A DNA stretch of 64,000 bases from the NCBI RefSeq assembly GCF_003334355.1, contig NZ_QOWP01000004.1, one strand, 5' to 3'. The stretch's first letter is position 1. Each line of letters opens with the position of its first letter. The position numbers and the translations under genes were made by a program. The notes beneath the pieces were generated by a model. That model searched no databases and was not told where the DNA came from. It saw only the letters and a program-made list of their open reading frames with translations. Below are positions 24,476 through 42,757 of the stretch, piece after piece. This DNA is from Escherichia coli. GTDB lineage: Bacteria; Pseudomonadota; Gammaproteobacteria; Enterobacterales; Enterobacteriaceae.

Positions 24476-24790
24476 CTACACCTGCATGCTCATCACTTCC
24501 TGATACGCCGCCACCAGCTTATTACGCACCTGAATCCCCATTTGCATAGAAACTGAGGCTTTTTGCATATCGGTCATCACATCGTTTAACGCCACGCCGG
24601 GTTCACCGAGAGTGAATTTTTCTGCCTGCGTGCGGGCAGCTGTTTGTGTATCACTAATGCGATCGAGCGCGGCGTGCAGCTGCCCGGCAAAACTAATGGT
24701 CGGTTGCGGCAGTGATTCCTGCGCACGCGCACTCATCGCCGTAGCCTGTAACTGGCTGATAACCCCTTCAATCCCCTGTATCGCTGACAT
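24476..24790 (-). CDS. fliE: Flagellar hook-basal body protein FliE (104 aa)
   Basis: Translation [22 protein letters not shown]...; divergent from fliF. Confidence 0.95.
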   Translation of the reverse strand: MSAIQGIEGVISQLQATAMSARAQESLPQPTISFAGQLHAALDRISDTQTAARTQAEKFTLGEPGVALNDVMTDMQKASVSMQMGIQVRNKLVAAYQEVMSMQV

Positions 24791-25004
24791 TCTCGTCTCC
24801 CGGATAATTTCTGGTAGCAAAGCCTACCAGTAAGTCAATAAGACAAAGGCGCTAAATAACAACAAAAAAACGGGTTTATTGGCGGATAGAAAAAAACGAA
24901 AGCACAAATAATGGGAGCGTCAATTTTTCGAGTTTGCTGACCCGGGAGTGAGTCTTGTTCCACTTTGCCAATAACGCCGTCCATAATCAGCCACGAGGTG
25001 CGCG

Positions 25005-28329
<3,325 letters not shown>

Positions 28330-28330
<1 letters not shown>

Positions 28331-29703
28331 TGACCACGCGCCTGACTCGCTGGCTAACCACGCTGGATAACTTTGAAGCCAAAATGGCGCAGTTGCCTGC
28401 GGTACGTCGCTATGGGCGATTAACCCGCGCTACCGGGCTGGTGCTGGAAGCCACCGGATTACAATTGCCGCTCGGCGCAACCTGTGTCATTGAACGCCAG
28501 AACGGCAGCGAAACGCACGAAGTAGAAAGCGAAGTCGTTGGCTTTAACGGTCAACGGCTGTTTTTAATGCCGCTGGAGGAAGTGGAAGGTGTCCTGCCCG
28601 GCGCGCGGGTTTATGCCAAAAACATTTCGGCTGAAGGACTGCAAAGCGGCAAGCAGTTGCCGCTCGGTCCGGCGTTATTAGGTCGCGTTCTGGACGGCAG
28701 CGGTAAGCCGCTCGATGGCCTGCCCTCCCCCGATACGACGGAAACCGGTGCGCTGATTACCCCGCCATTTAACCCGTTGCAACGTACACCGATTGAACAT
28801 GTGCTGGACACCGGCGTGCGCCCAATCAATGCCCTGCTTACCGTTGGGCGTGGGCAGCGTATGGGGCTGTTTGCCGGGTCCGGCGTTGGTAAAAGTGTGC
28901 TGCTGGGGATGATGGCACGTTACACCCGCGCCGATGTCATTGTCGTGGGTTTGATTGGTGAACGTGGGCGCGAAGTAAAAGATTTTATTGAGAATATCCT
29001 CGGTGCCGAAGGGCGTGCACGCTCCGTGGTGATTGCCGCTCCGGCGGATGTCTCTCCGCTTCTGCGAATGCAAGGTGCCGCCTATGCCACGCGCATTGCC
29101 GAAGATTTTCGCGATCGTGGTCAGCATGTGTTGCTGATTATGGACTCCCTCACCCGCTACGCGATGGCCCAGCGTGAAATTGCGCTGGCGATTGGCGAAC
29201 CACCCGCCACCAAAGGTTATCCCCCGTCGGTGTTTGCCAAATTACCGGCACTGGTCGAGCGTGCCGGAAATGGCATTAGCGGCGGCGGATCGATTACCGC
29301 GTTTTATACCGTGCTCACCGAGGGCGATGACCAGCAGGACCCCATTGCCGACTCCGCGCGGGCAATCCTCGACGGTCACATTGTGCTGTCTCGCCGACTG
29401 GCGGAAGCCGGGCACTATCCGGCTATCGATATTGAAGCGTCGATCAGCCGCGCAATGACGGCGTTGATCAGCGAGCAACATTACGCGCGAGTGCGCACCT
29501 TCAAACAGCTGTTGTCGAGTTTTCAGCGTAACCGAGATCTGGTTAGCGTCGGCGCGTATGCCAAAGGCAGCGATCCGATGCTCGATAAAGCCATCGCCCT
29601 GTGGCCGCAGCTGGAGGGCTATTTGCAACAAGGCATTTTTGAACGCGCGGACTGGGAAGCGTCTCTCCAGGGGCTGGAGCGTATTTTCCCGACAGTGTCA
29701 TAA
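28330..29703 (+). CDS. fliI: Flagellum-specific ATPase FliI (457 aa)
   Basis: Walker A GSGVGKS; F1-ATPase-like. Confidence 0.97.
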
Positions 29704-29721
29704 CCCAGGAGATAACGGCAG

Positions 29722-30165
29722 ATGGCAGAACATGGCGCGCTGGCGACCCTGAAAGATCTGGCAGAAAAAGAGGTAGAGGATGCCGCGCGCCTGCTGGGTG
29801 AAATGCGTCGCGGGTGTCAGCAGGCGGAAGAACAGCTCAAAATGCTGATCGATTATCAGAATGAATATCGCAATAACCTCAACAGCGATATGAGTGCCGG
29901 GATGACCAGCAACCGCTGGATCAACTATCAGCAGTTTATCCAGACGCTGGAAAAAGCCATTACTCAGCATCGCCAGCAACTTAATCAGTGGACGCAGAAA
30001 GTTGACATTGCCCTGAACAGCTGGCGAGAAAAGAAACAACGTTTGCAGGCCTGGCAGACACTGCAGGAACGGCAATCCACGGCGGCACTGCTTGCAGAAA
30101 ACCGCCTCGATCAGAAAAAGATGGATGAGTTCGCCCAGCGCGCCGCCATGAGGAAACCTGAATGA
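29722..30165 (+). CDS. fliJ: Flagellar export protein FliJ (147 aa)
   Basis: ORF track; synteny. Confidence 0.95.
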   Translation: MAEHGALATLKDLAEKEVEDAARLLGEMRRGCQQAEEQLKMLIDYQNEYRNNLNSDMSAGMTSNRWINYQQFIQTLEKAITQHRQQLNQWTQKVDIALNSWREKKQRLQAWQTLQERQSTAALLAENRLDQKKMDEFAQRAAMRKPE

Positions 30166-31289
30166 TTCGCTTAGCGCCCTTAATTACCGCCGACGTTGAC
30201 ACCACCACATTGCCTGGCGGCAAAGCCAGCGATGCTGCACAAGATTTTCTCGCGTTGTTGAGCGAAGCATTAGCAGGCGAGACAACTACCGACAAAGCGG
30301 CCCCCCAGTTGCTGGTGGCAACAGATAAGCCCACGACAAAAGGCGAGCCGCTGGTCAGCGAGATTCTTGCCGATGCGCAACAAGCGGATTTACTGATCCC
30401 TGTGGATGAAACACCGCCTGTCATCAACGACGAACAATCCACATCAACACCATTAACCACCGCTCAAACGATGACGATGGCTGCGGTGGCTGGCAACAAT
30501 ACGGCAAAAGACGAAAAAGCGGATGATCTGAATGAAGACGTCACCGCAAGCCTGAGCGCCCTTTTTGCGATGTTGCCGGGTTTTGACAATACGCCCAAAG
30601 TGACTGATGTGCCGTCAACCGTGTTACCGGCAGAGAAACCAACGCTCTTCACAAAACTGACTTCTGCGCAACTCACAACAGCACAGCCTGATGATGCCCC
30701 CGGCACGCCAGCTCAGCCATTAACACCGCTGGTAGCAGAAGCCCAGAGTAAAGCGGAAGTCATCAGCACACCTTCACCGGTGACCGCTGCCGCCAGCCCG
30801 CTAATCACTCCACACCAGACACAGCCACTGCCCACCGTCGCCGCGCCTGTGTTGAGTGCACCGCTGGGTTCTCACGAATGGCAACAATCATTAAGCCAGC
30901 ATATTTCGCTGTTCACCCGCCAGGGGCAACAAAGTGCAGAGTTGCGTCTGCACCCGCAGGATTTAGGTGAAGTGCAAATCTCCCTCAAAGTGGATGATAA
31001 CCAGGCGCAAATCCAGATGGTTTCACCGCATCAACACGTACGCGCCGCCCTGGAAGCAGCGCTTCCGGTACTGCGAACGCAGCTGGCCGAAAGTGGCATT
31101 CAGTTAGGGCAAAGCAACATCAGTGGCGAAAGCTTTAGTGGTCAGCAGCAGGCCGCTTCCCAACAACAGCAAAGCCAACGCACAGTAAACCATGAACCTC
31201 TGGCGGGGGAAGACGACGATACGCTTCCGGTTCCCGTCTCTTTACAAGGGCGTGTAACAGGCAACAGCGGCGTTGATATTTTCGCCTAA
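30162..31289 (+). CDS. fliK: Flagellar hook-length control protein FliK (375 aa)
   Basis: ORF track; Pro/Thr/Ala-rich linker; synteny. Confidence 0.95.
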   Translation: MIRLAPLITADVDTTTLPGGKASDAAQDFLALLSEALAGETTTDKAAPQLLVATDKPTTKGEPLVSEILADAQQADLLIPVDETPPVINDEQSTSTPLTTAQTMTMAAVAGNNTAKDEKADDLNEDVTASLSALFAMLPGFDNTPKVTDVPSTVLPAEKPTLFTKLTSAQLTTAQPDDAPGTPAQPLTPLVAEAQSKAEVISTPSPVTAAASPLITPHQTQPLPTVAAPVLSAPLGSHEWQQSLSQHISLFTRQGQQSAELRLHPQDLGEVQISLKVDDNQAQIQMVSPHQHVRAALEAALPVLRTQLAESGIQLGQSNISGESFSGQQQAASQQQQSQRTVNHEPLAGEDDDTLPVPVSLQGRVTGNSGVDIFA

Positions 31290-31393
31290 CGTCAGAGATA
31301 GCACCGTAATCCGCGTCTTTTCCCCGCTTTGTTGCGCTCAAGACGCAGGATAATTAGCCGATAAGCAGTAGCGACACAGGAAGACCGCAACAC

Positions 31394-31858
31394 ATGACTG
31401 ATTACGCGATAAGCAAGAAAAGCAAGCGATCGCTTTGGATCCCGATTCTGGTATTCATTACCCTCGCGGCCTGTGCCAGCGCAGGTTACAGCTACTGGCA
31501 TTCGCATCAGGTTGCCGCTGACGACAAAGCGCAGCAACGCGTCGTACCCTCCCCGGTCTTCTACGCGCTGGATACCTTCACGGTCAATTTGGGCGATGCG
31601 GATCGCGTGCTTTATATCGGCATAACCCTGCGCCTGAAAGATGAAGCTACCCGCTCGCGGCTGAGTGAGTATTTGCCGGAAGTCCGTAGCCGTTTGCTGT
31701 TACTGTTTTCGCGTCAGGATGCTGCCGTACTGGCGACAGAAGAAGGCAAGAAAAACCTGATTGCCGAGATTAAAACCACGCTTTCCACCCCGCTTGTTGC
31801 CGGGCAACCGAAACAGGATGTCACCGACGTGCTGTATACCGCTTTTATTCTGCGATAA
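31394..31858 (+). CDS. fliL: Flagellar basal-body-associated protein FliL (154 aa)
   Basis: ORF track; single TM helix. Confidence 0.95.
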   Translation: MTDYAISKKSKRSLWIPILVFITLAACASAGYSYWHSHQVAADDKAQQRVVPSPVFYALDTFTVNLGDADRVLYIGITLRLKDEATRSRLSEYLPEVRSRLLLLFSRQDAAVLATEEGKKNLIAEIKTTLSTPLVAGQPKQDVTDVLYTAFILR

Positions 31859-31862
31859 CGAC

Positions 31863-32867
31863 ATGGGCGATAGTATTCTTTCTCAAGCTGAAATTGATGC
31901 GCTGTTGAATGGTGACAGCGAAGTCAAAGACGAACCGACAGCCAGTGTTAGCGGCGAAAGTGACATTCGTCCGTACGATCCGAATACCCAACGACGGGTT
32001 GTGCGCGAACGTTTGCAGGCGCTGGAAATCATTAATGAGCGCTTTGCCCGCCATTTTCGTATGGGGCTGTTCAACCTGCTGCGTCGTAGCCCGGATATAA
32101 CCGTCGGGGCCATCCGCATTCAGCCGTACCATGAATTTGCCCGCAACCTGCCGGTGCCGACCAACCTGAACCTTATCCATCTGAAACCGCTGCGCGGCAC
32201 AGGGCTGGTGGTGTTTTCACCGAGTCTGGTGTTTATCGCCGTGGATAACCTGTTTGGCGGCGATGGACGCTTCCCGACCAAAGTGGAAGGTCGCGAGTTT
32301 ACCCATACCGAACAGCGCGTCATCAACCGCATGTTAAAGCTGGCGCTTGAAGGCTATAGCGACGCCTGGAAGGCGATTAATCCGCTGGAAGTTGAGTACG
32401 TGCGTTCGGAAATGCAGGTGAAATTTACCAATATCACCACCTCGCCGAACGACATTGTGGTTAACACGCCGTTCCATGTGGAGATTGGCAACCTGACCGG
32501 CGAATTTAATATCTGTCTGCCATTCAGCATGATCGAGCCGCTACGGGAATTGTTGGTTAACCCGCCGCTGGAAAACTCGCGTAATGAAGATCAGAACTGG
32601 CGCGATAACCTGGTGCGCCAGGTGCAGCATTCACAGCTGGAGCTGGTCGCCAACTTTGCCGATATCTCGCTACGCCTGTCGCAGATTTTAAAACTGAAAC
32701 CCGGCGACGTCCTGCCGATAGAAAAACCCGATCGCATCATCGCCCATGTTGACGGCGTCCCGGTGCTGACCAGTCAGTACGGCACTCTCAACGGTCAGTA
32801 TGCGTTACGGATAGAACATTTGATTAACCCGATTTTAAATTCTCTGAACGAGGAACAGCCCAAATGA
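31863..32867 (+). CDS. fliM: Flagellar motor switch protein FliM (334 aa); start at MGDSILSQAEIDALL
   Basis: ORF-track N-terminal extension overlaps fliL and is rejected. Confidence 0.95.
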   Translation: MGDSILSQAEIDALLNGDSEVKDEPTASVSGESDIRPYDPNTQRRVVRERLQALEIINERFARHFRMGLFNLLRRSPDITVGAIRIQPYHEFARNLPVPTNLNLIHLKPLRGTGLVVFSPSLVFIAVDNLFGGDGRFPTKVEGREFTHTEQRVINRMLKLALEGYSDAWKAINPLEVEYVRSEMQVKFTNITTSPNDIVVNTPFHVEIGNLTGEFNICLPFSMIEPLRELLVNPPLENSRNEDQNWRDNLVRQVQHSQLELVANFADISLRLSQILKLKPGDVLPIEKPDRIIAHVDGVPVLTSQYGTLNGQYALRIEHLINPILNSLNEEQPK

Positions 32868-33277
32868 GTGACATGAATAATCCGGCCGATGACAACAACG
32901 GCGCAATGGACGATCTGTGGGCTGAAGCGTTGAGCGAACAAAAATCAACCAGCAGCAAAAGCGCTGCCGACGCGGTGTTCCAGCAATTTGGCGGTGGTGA
33001 TGTCAGCGGAACGTTGCAGGATATCGACCTGATAATGGATATTCCGGTCAAGCTGACCGTCGAGCTGGGCCGTACGCGGATGACCATCAAAGAGCTGTTG
33101 CGTCTGACGCAAGGGTCCGTCGTGGCGCTGGACGGTCTGGCGGGCGAACCACTGGATATTCTGATCAACGGTTATTTAATCGCCCAGGGCGAAGTGGTGG
33201 TCGTTGCCGATAAATATGGCGTGCGGATCACCGATATCATTACTCCGTCTGAGCGAATGCGTCGCCTGAGCCGTTAG
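32864..33277 (+). CDS. fliN: Flagellar motor switch protein FliN (137 aa)
   Basis: ORF track; synteny. Confidence 0.96.
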   Translation: MSDMNNPADDNNGAMDDLWAEALSEQKSTSSKSAADAVFQQFGGGDVSGTLQDIDLIMDIPVKLTVELGRTRMTIKELLRLTQGSVVALDGLAGEPLDILINGYLIAQGEVVVVADKYGVRITDIITPSERMRRLSR

Positions 33278-33645
33278 TGATGAATAACCACGCTACTGTG
33301 CAATCTTCCACGCCGGTTTCTGCTGCGCCACTGCTGCAGGTCAGCGGCGCACTCATCGCCATTATTGCCCTGATCCTCGCTGCTGCCTGGCTGGTAAAAC
33401 GGTTGGGATTTGCCCCGAAACGCACTGGCGTTAACGGTCTGAAAATTAGCGCCAGTGCTTCGCTGGGCGCGCGTGAACGGGTTGTGGTGGTCGATGTGGA
33501 AGATGCACGGCTGGTGCTCGGCGTTACCGCAGGGCAAATCAATCTGCTGCATAAACTTCCCCCTTCAGCACCAACAGAAGAGATACCGCAGACCGATTTT
33601 CAGTCGGTCATGAAAAATTTGCTTAAGCGTAGTGGGAGATCCTGA
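33277..33645 (+). CDS. fliO: Flagellar biosynthesis protein FliO (about 121 aa)
   Basis: ORF track; single TM; synteny. Confidence 0.9.
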   Translation: MMNNHATVQSSTPVSAAPLLQVSGALIAIIALILAAAWLVKRLGFAPKRTGVNGLKISASASLGARERVVVVDVEDARLVLGVTAGQINLLHKLPPSAPTEEIPQTDFQSVMKNLLKRSGRS

Positions 33646-34382
33646 TGCGTCGTTTGTTGTCTGTCGCACCAGTCCTTCTCTGGCTGGTTACGCCCCTCGC
33701 CTTCGCGCAACTGCCGGGTATCACCAGCCAGCCGCTGCCTGGCGGTGGACAAAGCTGGTCGCTCCCGGTGCAGACGCTGGTGTTCATCACCTCGTTGACG
33801 TTTATTCCGGCAATTTTACTGATGATGACCAGTTTCACCCGCATCATCATTGTTTTTGGTTTATTGCGTAACGCGCTGGGAACGCCCTCCGCGCCACCTA
33901 ACCAGGTATTGCTGGGGCTGGCACTATTTTTGACCTTTTTTATTATGTCACCGGTGATCGATAAAATTTATGTCGATGCGTACCAGCCATTCAGCGAAGA
34001 GAAAATATCAATGCAGGAGGCGCTGGAAAAAGGGGCGCAGCCGCTACGTGAGTTTATGCTGCGTCAGACCCGTGAGGCAGATTTAGGGTTGTTTGCCAGA
34101 CTAGCGAATACCGGCCCGTTGCAGGGACCTGAAGCCGTGCCGATGCGCATTTTGCTCCCGGCCTACGTGACCAGCGAGTTGAAAACCGCATTTCAGATAG
34201 GCTTCACGATTTTCATTCCTTTTTTGATTATCGACCTGGTGATTGCCAGCGTGTTGATGGCATTGGGGATGATGATGGTCCCCCCCGCCACCATTGCTCT
34301 GCCCTTTAAACTGATGCTGTTTGTACTGGTGGATGGCTGGCAATTGCTGGTCGGCTCGCTGGCGCAGAGCTTTTACAGCTAG
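33645..34382 (+). CDS. fliP: Flagellar export apparatus protein FliP (245 aa)
   Basis: ORF track; signal peptide plus TM helices. Confidence 0.97.
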   Translation: MRRLLSVAPVLLWLVTPLAFAQLPGITSQPLPGGGQSWSLPVQTLVFITSLTFIPAILLMMTSFTRIIIVFGLLRNALGTPSAPPNQVLLGLALFLTFFIMSPVIDKIYVDAYQPFSEEKISMQEALEKGAQPLREFMLRQTREADLGLFARLANTGPLQGPEAVPMRILLPAYVTSELKTAFQIGFTIFIPFLIIDLVIASVLMALGMMMVPPATIALPFKLMLFVLVDGWQLLVGSLAQSFYS

Positions 34383-34391
34383 AGAGGCAAA

Positions 34392-34661
34392 ATGACACCT
34401 GAATCGGTCATGATGATGGGGACTGAAGCGATGAAAGTCGCGCTGGCACTGGCTGCCCCGCTGTTGCTGGTGGCGCTGGTCACGGGCCTTATCATCAGTA
34501 TTTTGCAGGCCGCCACGCAGATCAACGAAATGACGCTGTCGTTTATTCCAAAAATCATCGCCGTATTTATTGCCATTATTATTGCCGGACCGTGGATGCT
34601 CAATCTGTTGCTGGATTACGTCCGCACCTTGTTCACTAACCTGCCGTATATCATCGGGTAG
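34392..34661 (+). CDS. fliQ: Flagellar export apparatus protein FliQ (89 aa)
   Basis: ORF track. Confidence 0.96.
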   Translation: MTPESVMMMGTEAMKVALALAAPLLLVALVTGLIISILQAATQINEMTLSFIPKIIAVFIAIIIAGPWMLNLLLDYVRTLFTNLPYIIG

Positions 34662-34669
34662 CCCGTACA

Positions 34670-35455
34670 ATGATGCAGGTGACAAGCGATCAATGGCTTT
34701 CCTGGCTAAGTCTGTACTTCTGGCCGTTACTGCGCGTGCTGGCGCTCATTTCTACCGCGCCAATTCTGAGCGAACGCAGCGTGCCGAAACGGGTAAAACT
34801 GGGTCTGGCAATGATGATCACGTTCGCTATTGCCCCATCATTACCTGCCAACGATGTTCCTGTTTTTTCGTTCTTTGCTCTGTGGCTGGCCGTGCAGCAG
34901 ATCCTGATCGGCATTGCGCTTGGTTTTACCATGCAATTTGCCTTTGCCGCTGTGCGAACCGCTGGCGAAATTATCGGTCTGCAAATGGGGCTGTCATTTG
35001 CGACGTTTGTCGATCCGGCCAGCCATCTCAATATGCCTGTTTTAGCGCGTATCATGGATATGCTGGCGTTACTACTGTTCCTGACATTTAACGGTCATTT
35101 ATGGTTGATTTCACTGCTGGTCGATACCTTTCACACCCTGCCAATTGGTGGCGAACCGTTGAACAGCAATGCGTTTCTGGCACTCACCAAAGCAGGGAGT
35201 TTGATTTTCCTTAACGGGCTGATGCTGGCGTTACCGCTCATTACTCTGCTGCTGACACTGAATCTGGCATTAGGTTTACTTAATCGTATGGCCCCGCAAT
35301 TATCCATTTTTGTTATTGGATTTCCATTAACTCTGACTGTCGGTATCTCTTTAATGGCGGCATTAATGCCGTTAATTGCACCTTTTTGCGAACATTTATT
35401 CAGTGAGATGTTTAATTTGCTGGCTGATATTATTAGTGAATTGCCATTAATATAA
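34670..35455 (+). CDS. fliR: Flagellar export apparatus protein FliR (261 aa)
   Basis: ORF track. Confidence 0.96.
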   Translation: MMQVTSDQWLSWLSLYFWPLLRVLALISTAPILSERSVPKRVKLGLAMMITFAIAPSLPANDVPVFSFFALWLAVQQILIGIALGFTMQFAFAAVRTAGEIIGLQMGLSFATFVDPASHLNMPVLARIMDMLALLLFLTFNGHLWLISLLVDTFHTLPIGGEPLNSNAFLALTKAGSLIFLNGLMLALPLITLLLTLNLALGLLNRMAPQLSIFVIGFPLTLTVGISLMAALMPLIAPFCEHLFSEMFNLLADIISELPLI

Positions 35456-35480
35456 TTCCGTAACGTTTATCATGTTATCC

Positions 35481-35494
35481 TAAGGATTATCCGA
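35481..35494 (+). promoter_or_regulatory. Putative RcsAB box (TAAGGATTATCCGA) in the rcsA promoter region
   Basis: Resembles published RcsAB consensus TaAGaatatTCctA; located about 250 nt upstream of rcsA. Confidence 0.5.
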
Positions 35495-35739
35495 AAAATA
35501 ATACCTACGAACATCTTCCAGGATACTCCTGCGGCGAAATATTTGTTTTAAGGTCACTCACATATCGCAACATTTACTTTAAGACAATTCCAGGCAAATT
35601 ATACAACACTTTACGGGATAGTAAGTCCGCCTGAAAAATCGCGAGAGTGGCGCATTAGGTGACCCATGTTGTTCCGTTTAGTCATGATGAAATATTCAGG
35701 TAAGGGGAATTATCGTTACGCATTGAGTGAGGGTATGCC

Positions 35740-36363
35740 ATGTCAACGATTATTATGGATTTATGTAGTTACACCCGACTAGGTTTAACCGGGTATCTGT
35801 TGAGTAGAGAGGTTAAAAAAAGAGAAATCAACGACATTGAAACCGTTGATGACCTTGCCATAGCTTGTGATTCACAGCGCCCTTCAGTGGTGTTTATTAA
35901 TGAGGACTGTTTCATCCATGATGCTTCTTACAGTCAGCACATCAAGCACATCATTAATCAACATCCCAATACGTTATTTATCGTTTTTATGGCAATTGCC
36001 AATGTTCATTTTGATGAATATCTATTGGTCAGAAAAAATTTATTGATAAGTTCTAAATCGATTAAACCGGAATCTCTCGACGATATCCTTGGCGATATTC
36101 TGAAAAAAGAGACAACGATAACCTCTTTTTTAAATATGCCGACGTTATCATTGAGCCGAACCGAATCGAGTATGTTGCGAATGTGGATGGCAGGTCAGGG
36201 AACCATTCAAATCTCTGACCAAATGAATATCAAAGCCAAGACCGTTTCATCGCATAAAGGTAATATTAAACGTAAGATCAAAACGCATAATAAACAGGTT
36301 ATCTACCATGTCGTCCGACTGACGGATAATGTGACTAATGGTATTTTTGTCAACATGCGCTAA
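35740..36363 (+). CDS. rcsA: Colanic acid capsule regulator RcsA (207 aa), LuxR-type HTH, AT-rich gene
   Basis: ORF track; C-terminal HTH; synteny fliR-rcsA-dsrB. Confidence 0.95.
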   Translation: MSTIIMDLCSYTRLGLTGYLLSREVKKREINDIETVDDLAIACDSQRPSVVFINEDCFIHDASYSQHIKHIINQHPNTLFIVFMAIANVHFDEYLLVRKNLLISSKSIKPESLDDILGDILKKETTITSFLNMPTLSLSRTESSMLRMWMAGQGTIQISDQMNIKAKTVSSHKGNIKRKIKTHNKQVIYHVVRLTDNVTNGIFVNMR

Positions 36364-36371
36364 CACATTCT

Positions 36372-36396
36372 GACTGGTGGTTTCCCACCAGTCAGG
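36372..36396. terminator. Bidirectional terminator between convergent rcsA and dsrB (ctgactggtgg-tttc-ccaccagtcag)
   Basis: 11-bp perfect inverted repeat. Confidence 0.6.
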
Positions 36397-36406
36397 CTGA
36401 ATAAGA

Positions 36407-36685
<279 letters not shown>

Positions 36686-36757
36686 CTATACTTAAGAGAT
36701 GCCAGGCGGACTTAACGACTGGCGGCAACAACAGAGTAACGGTTGCGAGGAAAGATG

Positions 36758-36985
36758 ATGAAAACCGCAAAAGAGTACAGCGATACCGCAAAACGTGAGG
36801 TCAGCGTCGATGTCGATGCCCTGCTGGCGGCGATCAATGAAATTAGCGAAAGCGAAGTTCATCGCAGCCAGAACGATTCTGAACACGTTAGCGTCGATGG
36901 ACGTGAATATCATACATGGCGTGAATTGGCGGATGCCTTCGAACTGGATATTCATGACTTCAGCGTCTCTGAAGTGAATCGTTGA
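36758..36985 (+). CDS. yodD: Stress-induced small protein YodD (75 aa)
   Basis: Translation MKTAKEYSDTAKREVSVDVDALLAAINEISESEVHRSQNDSEHVSVDGREYHTW... Confidence 0.85.
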   Translation: MKTAKEYSDTAKREVSVDVDALLAAINEISESEVHRSQNDSEHVSVDGREYHTWRELADAFELDIHDFSVSEVNR

Positions 36986-36994
36986 ATGCACAAT

Positions 36995-37085
36995 AAAAAA
37001 ATCCCGACCCTGAGGGGGTCGGGATGAAACTTGCTTAAGCAAGAAGCACTTAAAAAATTCGTTACACCAGGAAATCTGATGTGTT
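36995..37085 (-). ncRNA. dsrA: DsrA small regulatory RNA (activates rpoS translation, antagonises H-NS), with its own terminator hairpin
   Basis: Minus strand reads AACACATCAGATTTCCTGGTGTAACGAATTTTTTAAGTGCTTCTTGCTTAAGCAAGTTTCATCCCGACCCCCTCAGGGTCGGGATTTTTTT. Confidence 0.9.
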
Positions 37086-37264
37086 CATCACCTTATCCGC
37101 AATTTTTTTCGCTGACAAGAAAATATTCGCGATATGAATGATTAACGCTACTTATGAATAGAAATGTGACGTGCGTCACCCCTTGGTGGTTCTGGCGTCA
37201 ACGGGATCGCTCCCGAAAAAATCATCTTTGATTATTTGTGCTGTTTTGAGAATCATCCTGGTAA

Positions 37265-39789
<2,525 letters not shown>

Positions 39790-39875
39790 CCTGACGACTC
39801 CCAACCTGCTTTTTTATGATTCTGGCATAACCTGGCGATAGCGTACCGCAAAACAGCGATAATTTTATAATGGTG

Positions 39876-40012
39876 GCATGATAAGACGCGACAGACATCG
39901 ATAGTTTTATAACGTAGGCATGATAAGACGCGATAGCGTCGCATCAGGCAATTCAGTGCAGACACTGGCACACCCGACCGGATGCGACGTGAGCGCCACA
40001 TCCGGTCGGGTG
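39876..40012. repeat. Cluster of REP-type extragenic palindromes (BIME-like)
   Basis: Repeated ggcatgataagacgcg units and palindromic cacccgaccggatgcgacgtgagcgccacatccggtcgggtg. Confidence 0.75.
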
Positions 40013-40026
40013 TTAATGATACCCTT

Positions 40027-40209
40027 TCAAACTTCTTCCGCAGGACGACTCCCCTCCCCTGGAACAAGCTCGGTTTCATGAAAAGCTTCCCGCTTGACCC
40101 CGTAACCGTCATACCAACGACACTCAACCATACCGCTGGAGTATCCAGTGACAATCATCCGCGGGCCGCCCTCTTTAACCGTAACTTCCTCACTAACCAT
40201 AAAGCTCAT
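40027..40209 (-). CDS. yodC: YodC small protein (60 aa)
   Basis: ORF track; synteny. Confidence 0.85.
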   Translation of the reverse strand: MSFMVSEEVTVKEGGPRMIVTGYSSGMVECRWYDGYGVKREAFHETELVPGEGSRPAEEV

Positions 40210-40287
40210 ACTCGCCTCCTTTTTTCGAGTGAAACTTGTTCACCTTAGTTGAAGATGGCGAATTTTGCATAATAGCCTGTGCGAGTA

Positions 40288-41205
40288 TTAATGTGCCTGA
40301 CCGCGCATTTTCGCTACGGCTTTCACTCCCAGCACCACTATGCCGCCGATGATAAATCCAAGAATCAGATTTAAAACAGTCGGTAATATCATCGCCACCA
40401 CTGCACTTTGCTGCCCGGCGAAATGTTCAATGGCGTGATGCAGCGGCGCAATTCCATGTACCACAATCCCACCGCCGACGAGGAACATCGCCAGCGTGCC
40501 TACAATTGATAACGCTTTCATCAGCCAGGGCGCAATGATCAATAACCCTTTACCTAATGCCTGCATCAGCGCGCTGGATTTTTCCGCCAGCCAATACCCC
40601 AGGTCATCAATCTTAACGATAACCCCTACCAGACCGTAGACGCCCACGGTCACTACCAGCGCGATGCCTGAAAGCACCAGCACCTGATTAAGCAACGGCG
40701 CTTCGGCCACAATCCCCAGCGTGATGGCGACGATTTCCGCAGACAATATAAAATCGGTACGAATCGCCCCTTTTATTTTGTCCTTTTCAAACTTCAGCGG
40801 ATCCTGCGCCGCCAGCTTCTCCAGACGCTGCTGACTCTGCGCCGGATCTTCTTTATGTTTACGCGCCTCCAGCATATGCAGCACTTTCTCTACCCCTTCA
40901 AAGCAGAGAAACGCGCCGCCAATCATCAACAGTGGCGTAATCGCCCACGGGATAAACGCACTGATGATCAGCGCCAGCGGCAACAGAATCACTTTATTGA
41001 TCAGCGATCCTTTCGCCACGCCCCAGACCACGGGAAGTTCCCGGTTGGCCCGCACGCCTGAAACTTGTTGCGCATTGAGCGATAAGTCATCCCCTAATAC
41101 ACCGGCGGTTTTCTTCGCCGCCAGTTTGCCCATCACGGAGATATCGTCCAGTAGAGTGGCGATATCATCGAGCAACGTCAGTAAACTACTCCCGGCCAAA
41201 AGCAT
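40288..41205 (-). CDS. yedI: DUF808 inner membrane protein YedI (305 aa)
   Basis: ORF track; synteny. Confidence 0.9.
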   Translation of the reverse strand: MLLAGSSLLTLLDDIATLLDDISVMGKLAAKKTAGVLGDDLSLNAQQVSGVRANRELPVVWGVAKGSLINKVILLPLALIISAFIPWAITPLLMIGGAFLCFEGVEKVLHMLEARKHKEDPAQSQQRLEKLAAQDPLKFEKDKIKGAIRTDFILSAEIVAITLGIVAEAPLLNQVLVLSGIALVVTVGVYGLVGVIVKIDDLGYWLAEKSSALMQALGKGLLIIAPWLMKALSIVGTLAMFLVGGGIVVHGIAPLHHAIEHFAGQQSAVVAMILPTVLNLILGFIIGGIVVLGVKAVAKMRGQAH

Positions 41206-41377
41206 TCCCTCTCATTTTTATTGTTGAAGGGTGTAAGTATGAAGCAAAAACGGCAGCTCTGATACTTGCTTCACAGGTCAACATTTTTTTAACAATCAAG
41301 TGCAATTATATCTCTCGCCAGCAGAATGATTTTCACGTTTACTATGAACCACCTTTTTATTTCCACCGTGAGGGATT

Positions 41378-42298
41378 ATGCGTTTCCGCCAGTTGTTACC
41401 GCTTTTTGGCGCGCTGTTTGCGTTGTATATCATTTGGGGCTCAACCTATTTTGTCATTCGGATTGGCGTGGAAAGCTGGCCTCCGTTAATGATGGCAGGC
41501 GTTCGATTCCTGGCAGCCGGTATTTTATTGATGGCATTTTTGCTACTGCGCGGACACAAACTCCCCCCGCTACGTCCGCTGCTCAATGCCGCGCTGATTG
41601 GCCTGTTATTGCTGGCTGTCGGTAATGGCATGGTGACGGTTGCCGAACATCAAAATGTTCCTTCCGGCATCGCCGCCGTAGTGGTTGCAACCGTGCCCCT
41701 CTTTACCCTGTGCTTCAGCCGCCTGTTTGGCATTAAAACGCGCAAACTGGAATGGGTGGGTATTGCCATTGGGCTTGCCGGAATCATCATGCTCAATAGC
41801 GGTGGAAATTTAAGCGGCAATCCGTGGGGCGCGATTCTGATTTTAATCGGCTCGATTAGCTGGGCGTTTGGCTCGGTTTATGGCTCGCGCATTACCTTAC
41901 CTGTAGGGATGATGGCGGGTGCGATTGAGATGCTGGCGGCAGGCGTGGTGTTAATGATCGCGTCGATGATTGCAGGTGAAAAACTGACGGCACTCCCTTC
42001 CCTTTCAGGCTTCCTTGCGGTCGGCTATCTGGCGCTGTTTGGTTCGATTATCGCCATTAACGCTTATATGTATTTAATCCGCAACGTCAGTCCGGCTCTC
42101 GCCACCAGCTACGCCTACGTTAACCCGGTGGTCGCGGTCTTGCTGGGTACGGGACTGGGCGGAGAAACGCTGTCGAAGATTGAATGGCTGGCGCTCGGCG
42201 TAATTGTCTTCGCGGTGGTACTGGTCACGTTGGGAAAATATCTCTTCCCGGCAAACCCCGTAGTTGCGCCAGTTATTCAGGACGCATCAAGCGAGTAA
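41378..42298 (+). CDS. yedA: EamA/DMT-family transporter YedA (306 aa)
   Basis: ORF track; 10-TM drug/metabolite transporter architecture. Confidence 0.9.
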   Translation: MRFRQLLPLFGALFALYIIWGSTYFVIRIGVESWPPLMMAGVRFLAAGILLMAFLLLRGHKLPPLRPLLNAALIGLLLLAVGNGMVTVAEHQNVPSGIAAVVVATVPLFTLCFSRLFGIKTRKLEWVGIAIGLAGIIMLNSGGNLSGNPWGAILILIGSISWAFGSVYGSRITLPVGMMAGAIEMLAAGVVLMIASMIAGEKLTALPSLSGFLAVGYLALFGSIIAINAYMYLIRNVSPALATSYAYVNPVVAVLLGTGLGGETLSKIEWLALGVIVFAVVLVTLGKYLFPANPVVAPVIQDASSE

Positions 42299-42757
42299 AT
42301 GAATCCCCTGCGTGTCGATCTGCGCGCTGGCACCTTCGCCGCAGATCCACTCTTCCAGACGCTCGCTAAGCGCTTCATCCGTCAGCTTCTCGCGCCCACG
42401 TAATGCACACTCCCAGACAATCAATACGCGCCAGCCGAGTTCCTGCAAACGACTGATATCGCGGCGATCGCGTTCAACATTTTTACCTATCTTCTCCAGC
42501 CAGAACTCGGTTCGAGTCGCAGGCACTTTAAACAGATAGCAGTGATGATGATGCCAGAAGCAGCCGTGGGTAAATATCACGCAGCGATATTCATCAACGA
42601 CAAAATCCGGGCGTCCGGGCAGACTGGCGTCCTGAACGCGAAATGCCAGGCCCTGCCCGGTTAACAGACTGGCGAGGCGCTTCTCTATCGCCGTATCACG
42701 CGTGGCAATCGCGCGCATATTTTTGCTGCGAGTGGCCTTATCGTGAACGTCGGCCAT
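42287..42757 (-). CDS. vsr: Very-short-patch repair endonuclease Vsr (156 aa)
   Basis: Translation [32 protein letters not shown]...; start lies inside the 3' end of dcm in another frame. Confidence 0.93.
   Translation of the reverse strand: MADVHDKATRSKNMRAIATRDTAIEKRLASLLTGQGLAFRVQDASLPGRPDFVVDEYRCVIFTHGCFWHHHHCYLFKVPATRTEFWLEKIGKNVERDRRDISRLQELGWRVLIVWECALRGREKLTDEALSERLEEWICGEGASAQIDTQGIHLLA

Noticed and set aside
24362-24556. 64-aa plus-strand ORF overlapping the 3' end of fliE
   Set aside because: Overlaps fliE on the opposite strand, His/Leu-rich low-complexity translation; most likely spurious.
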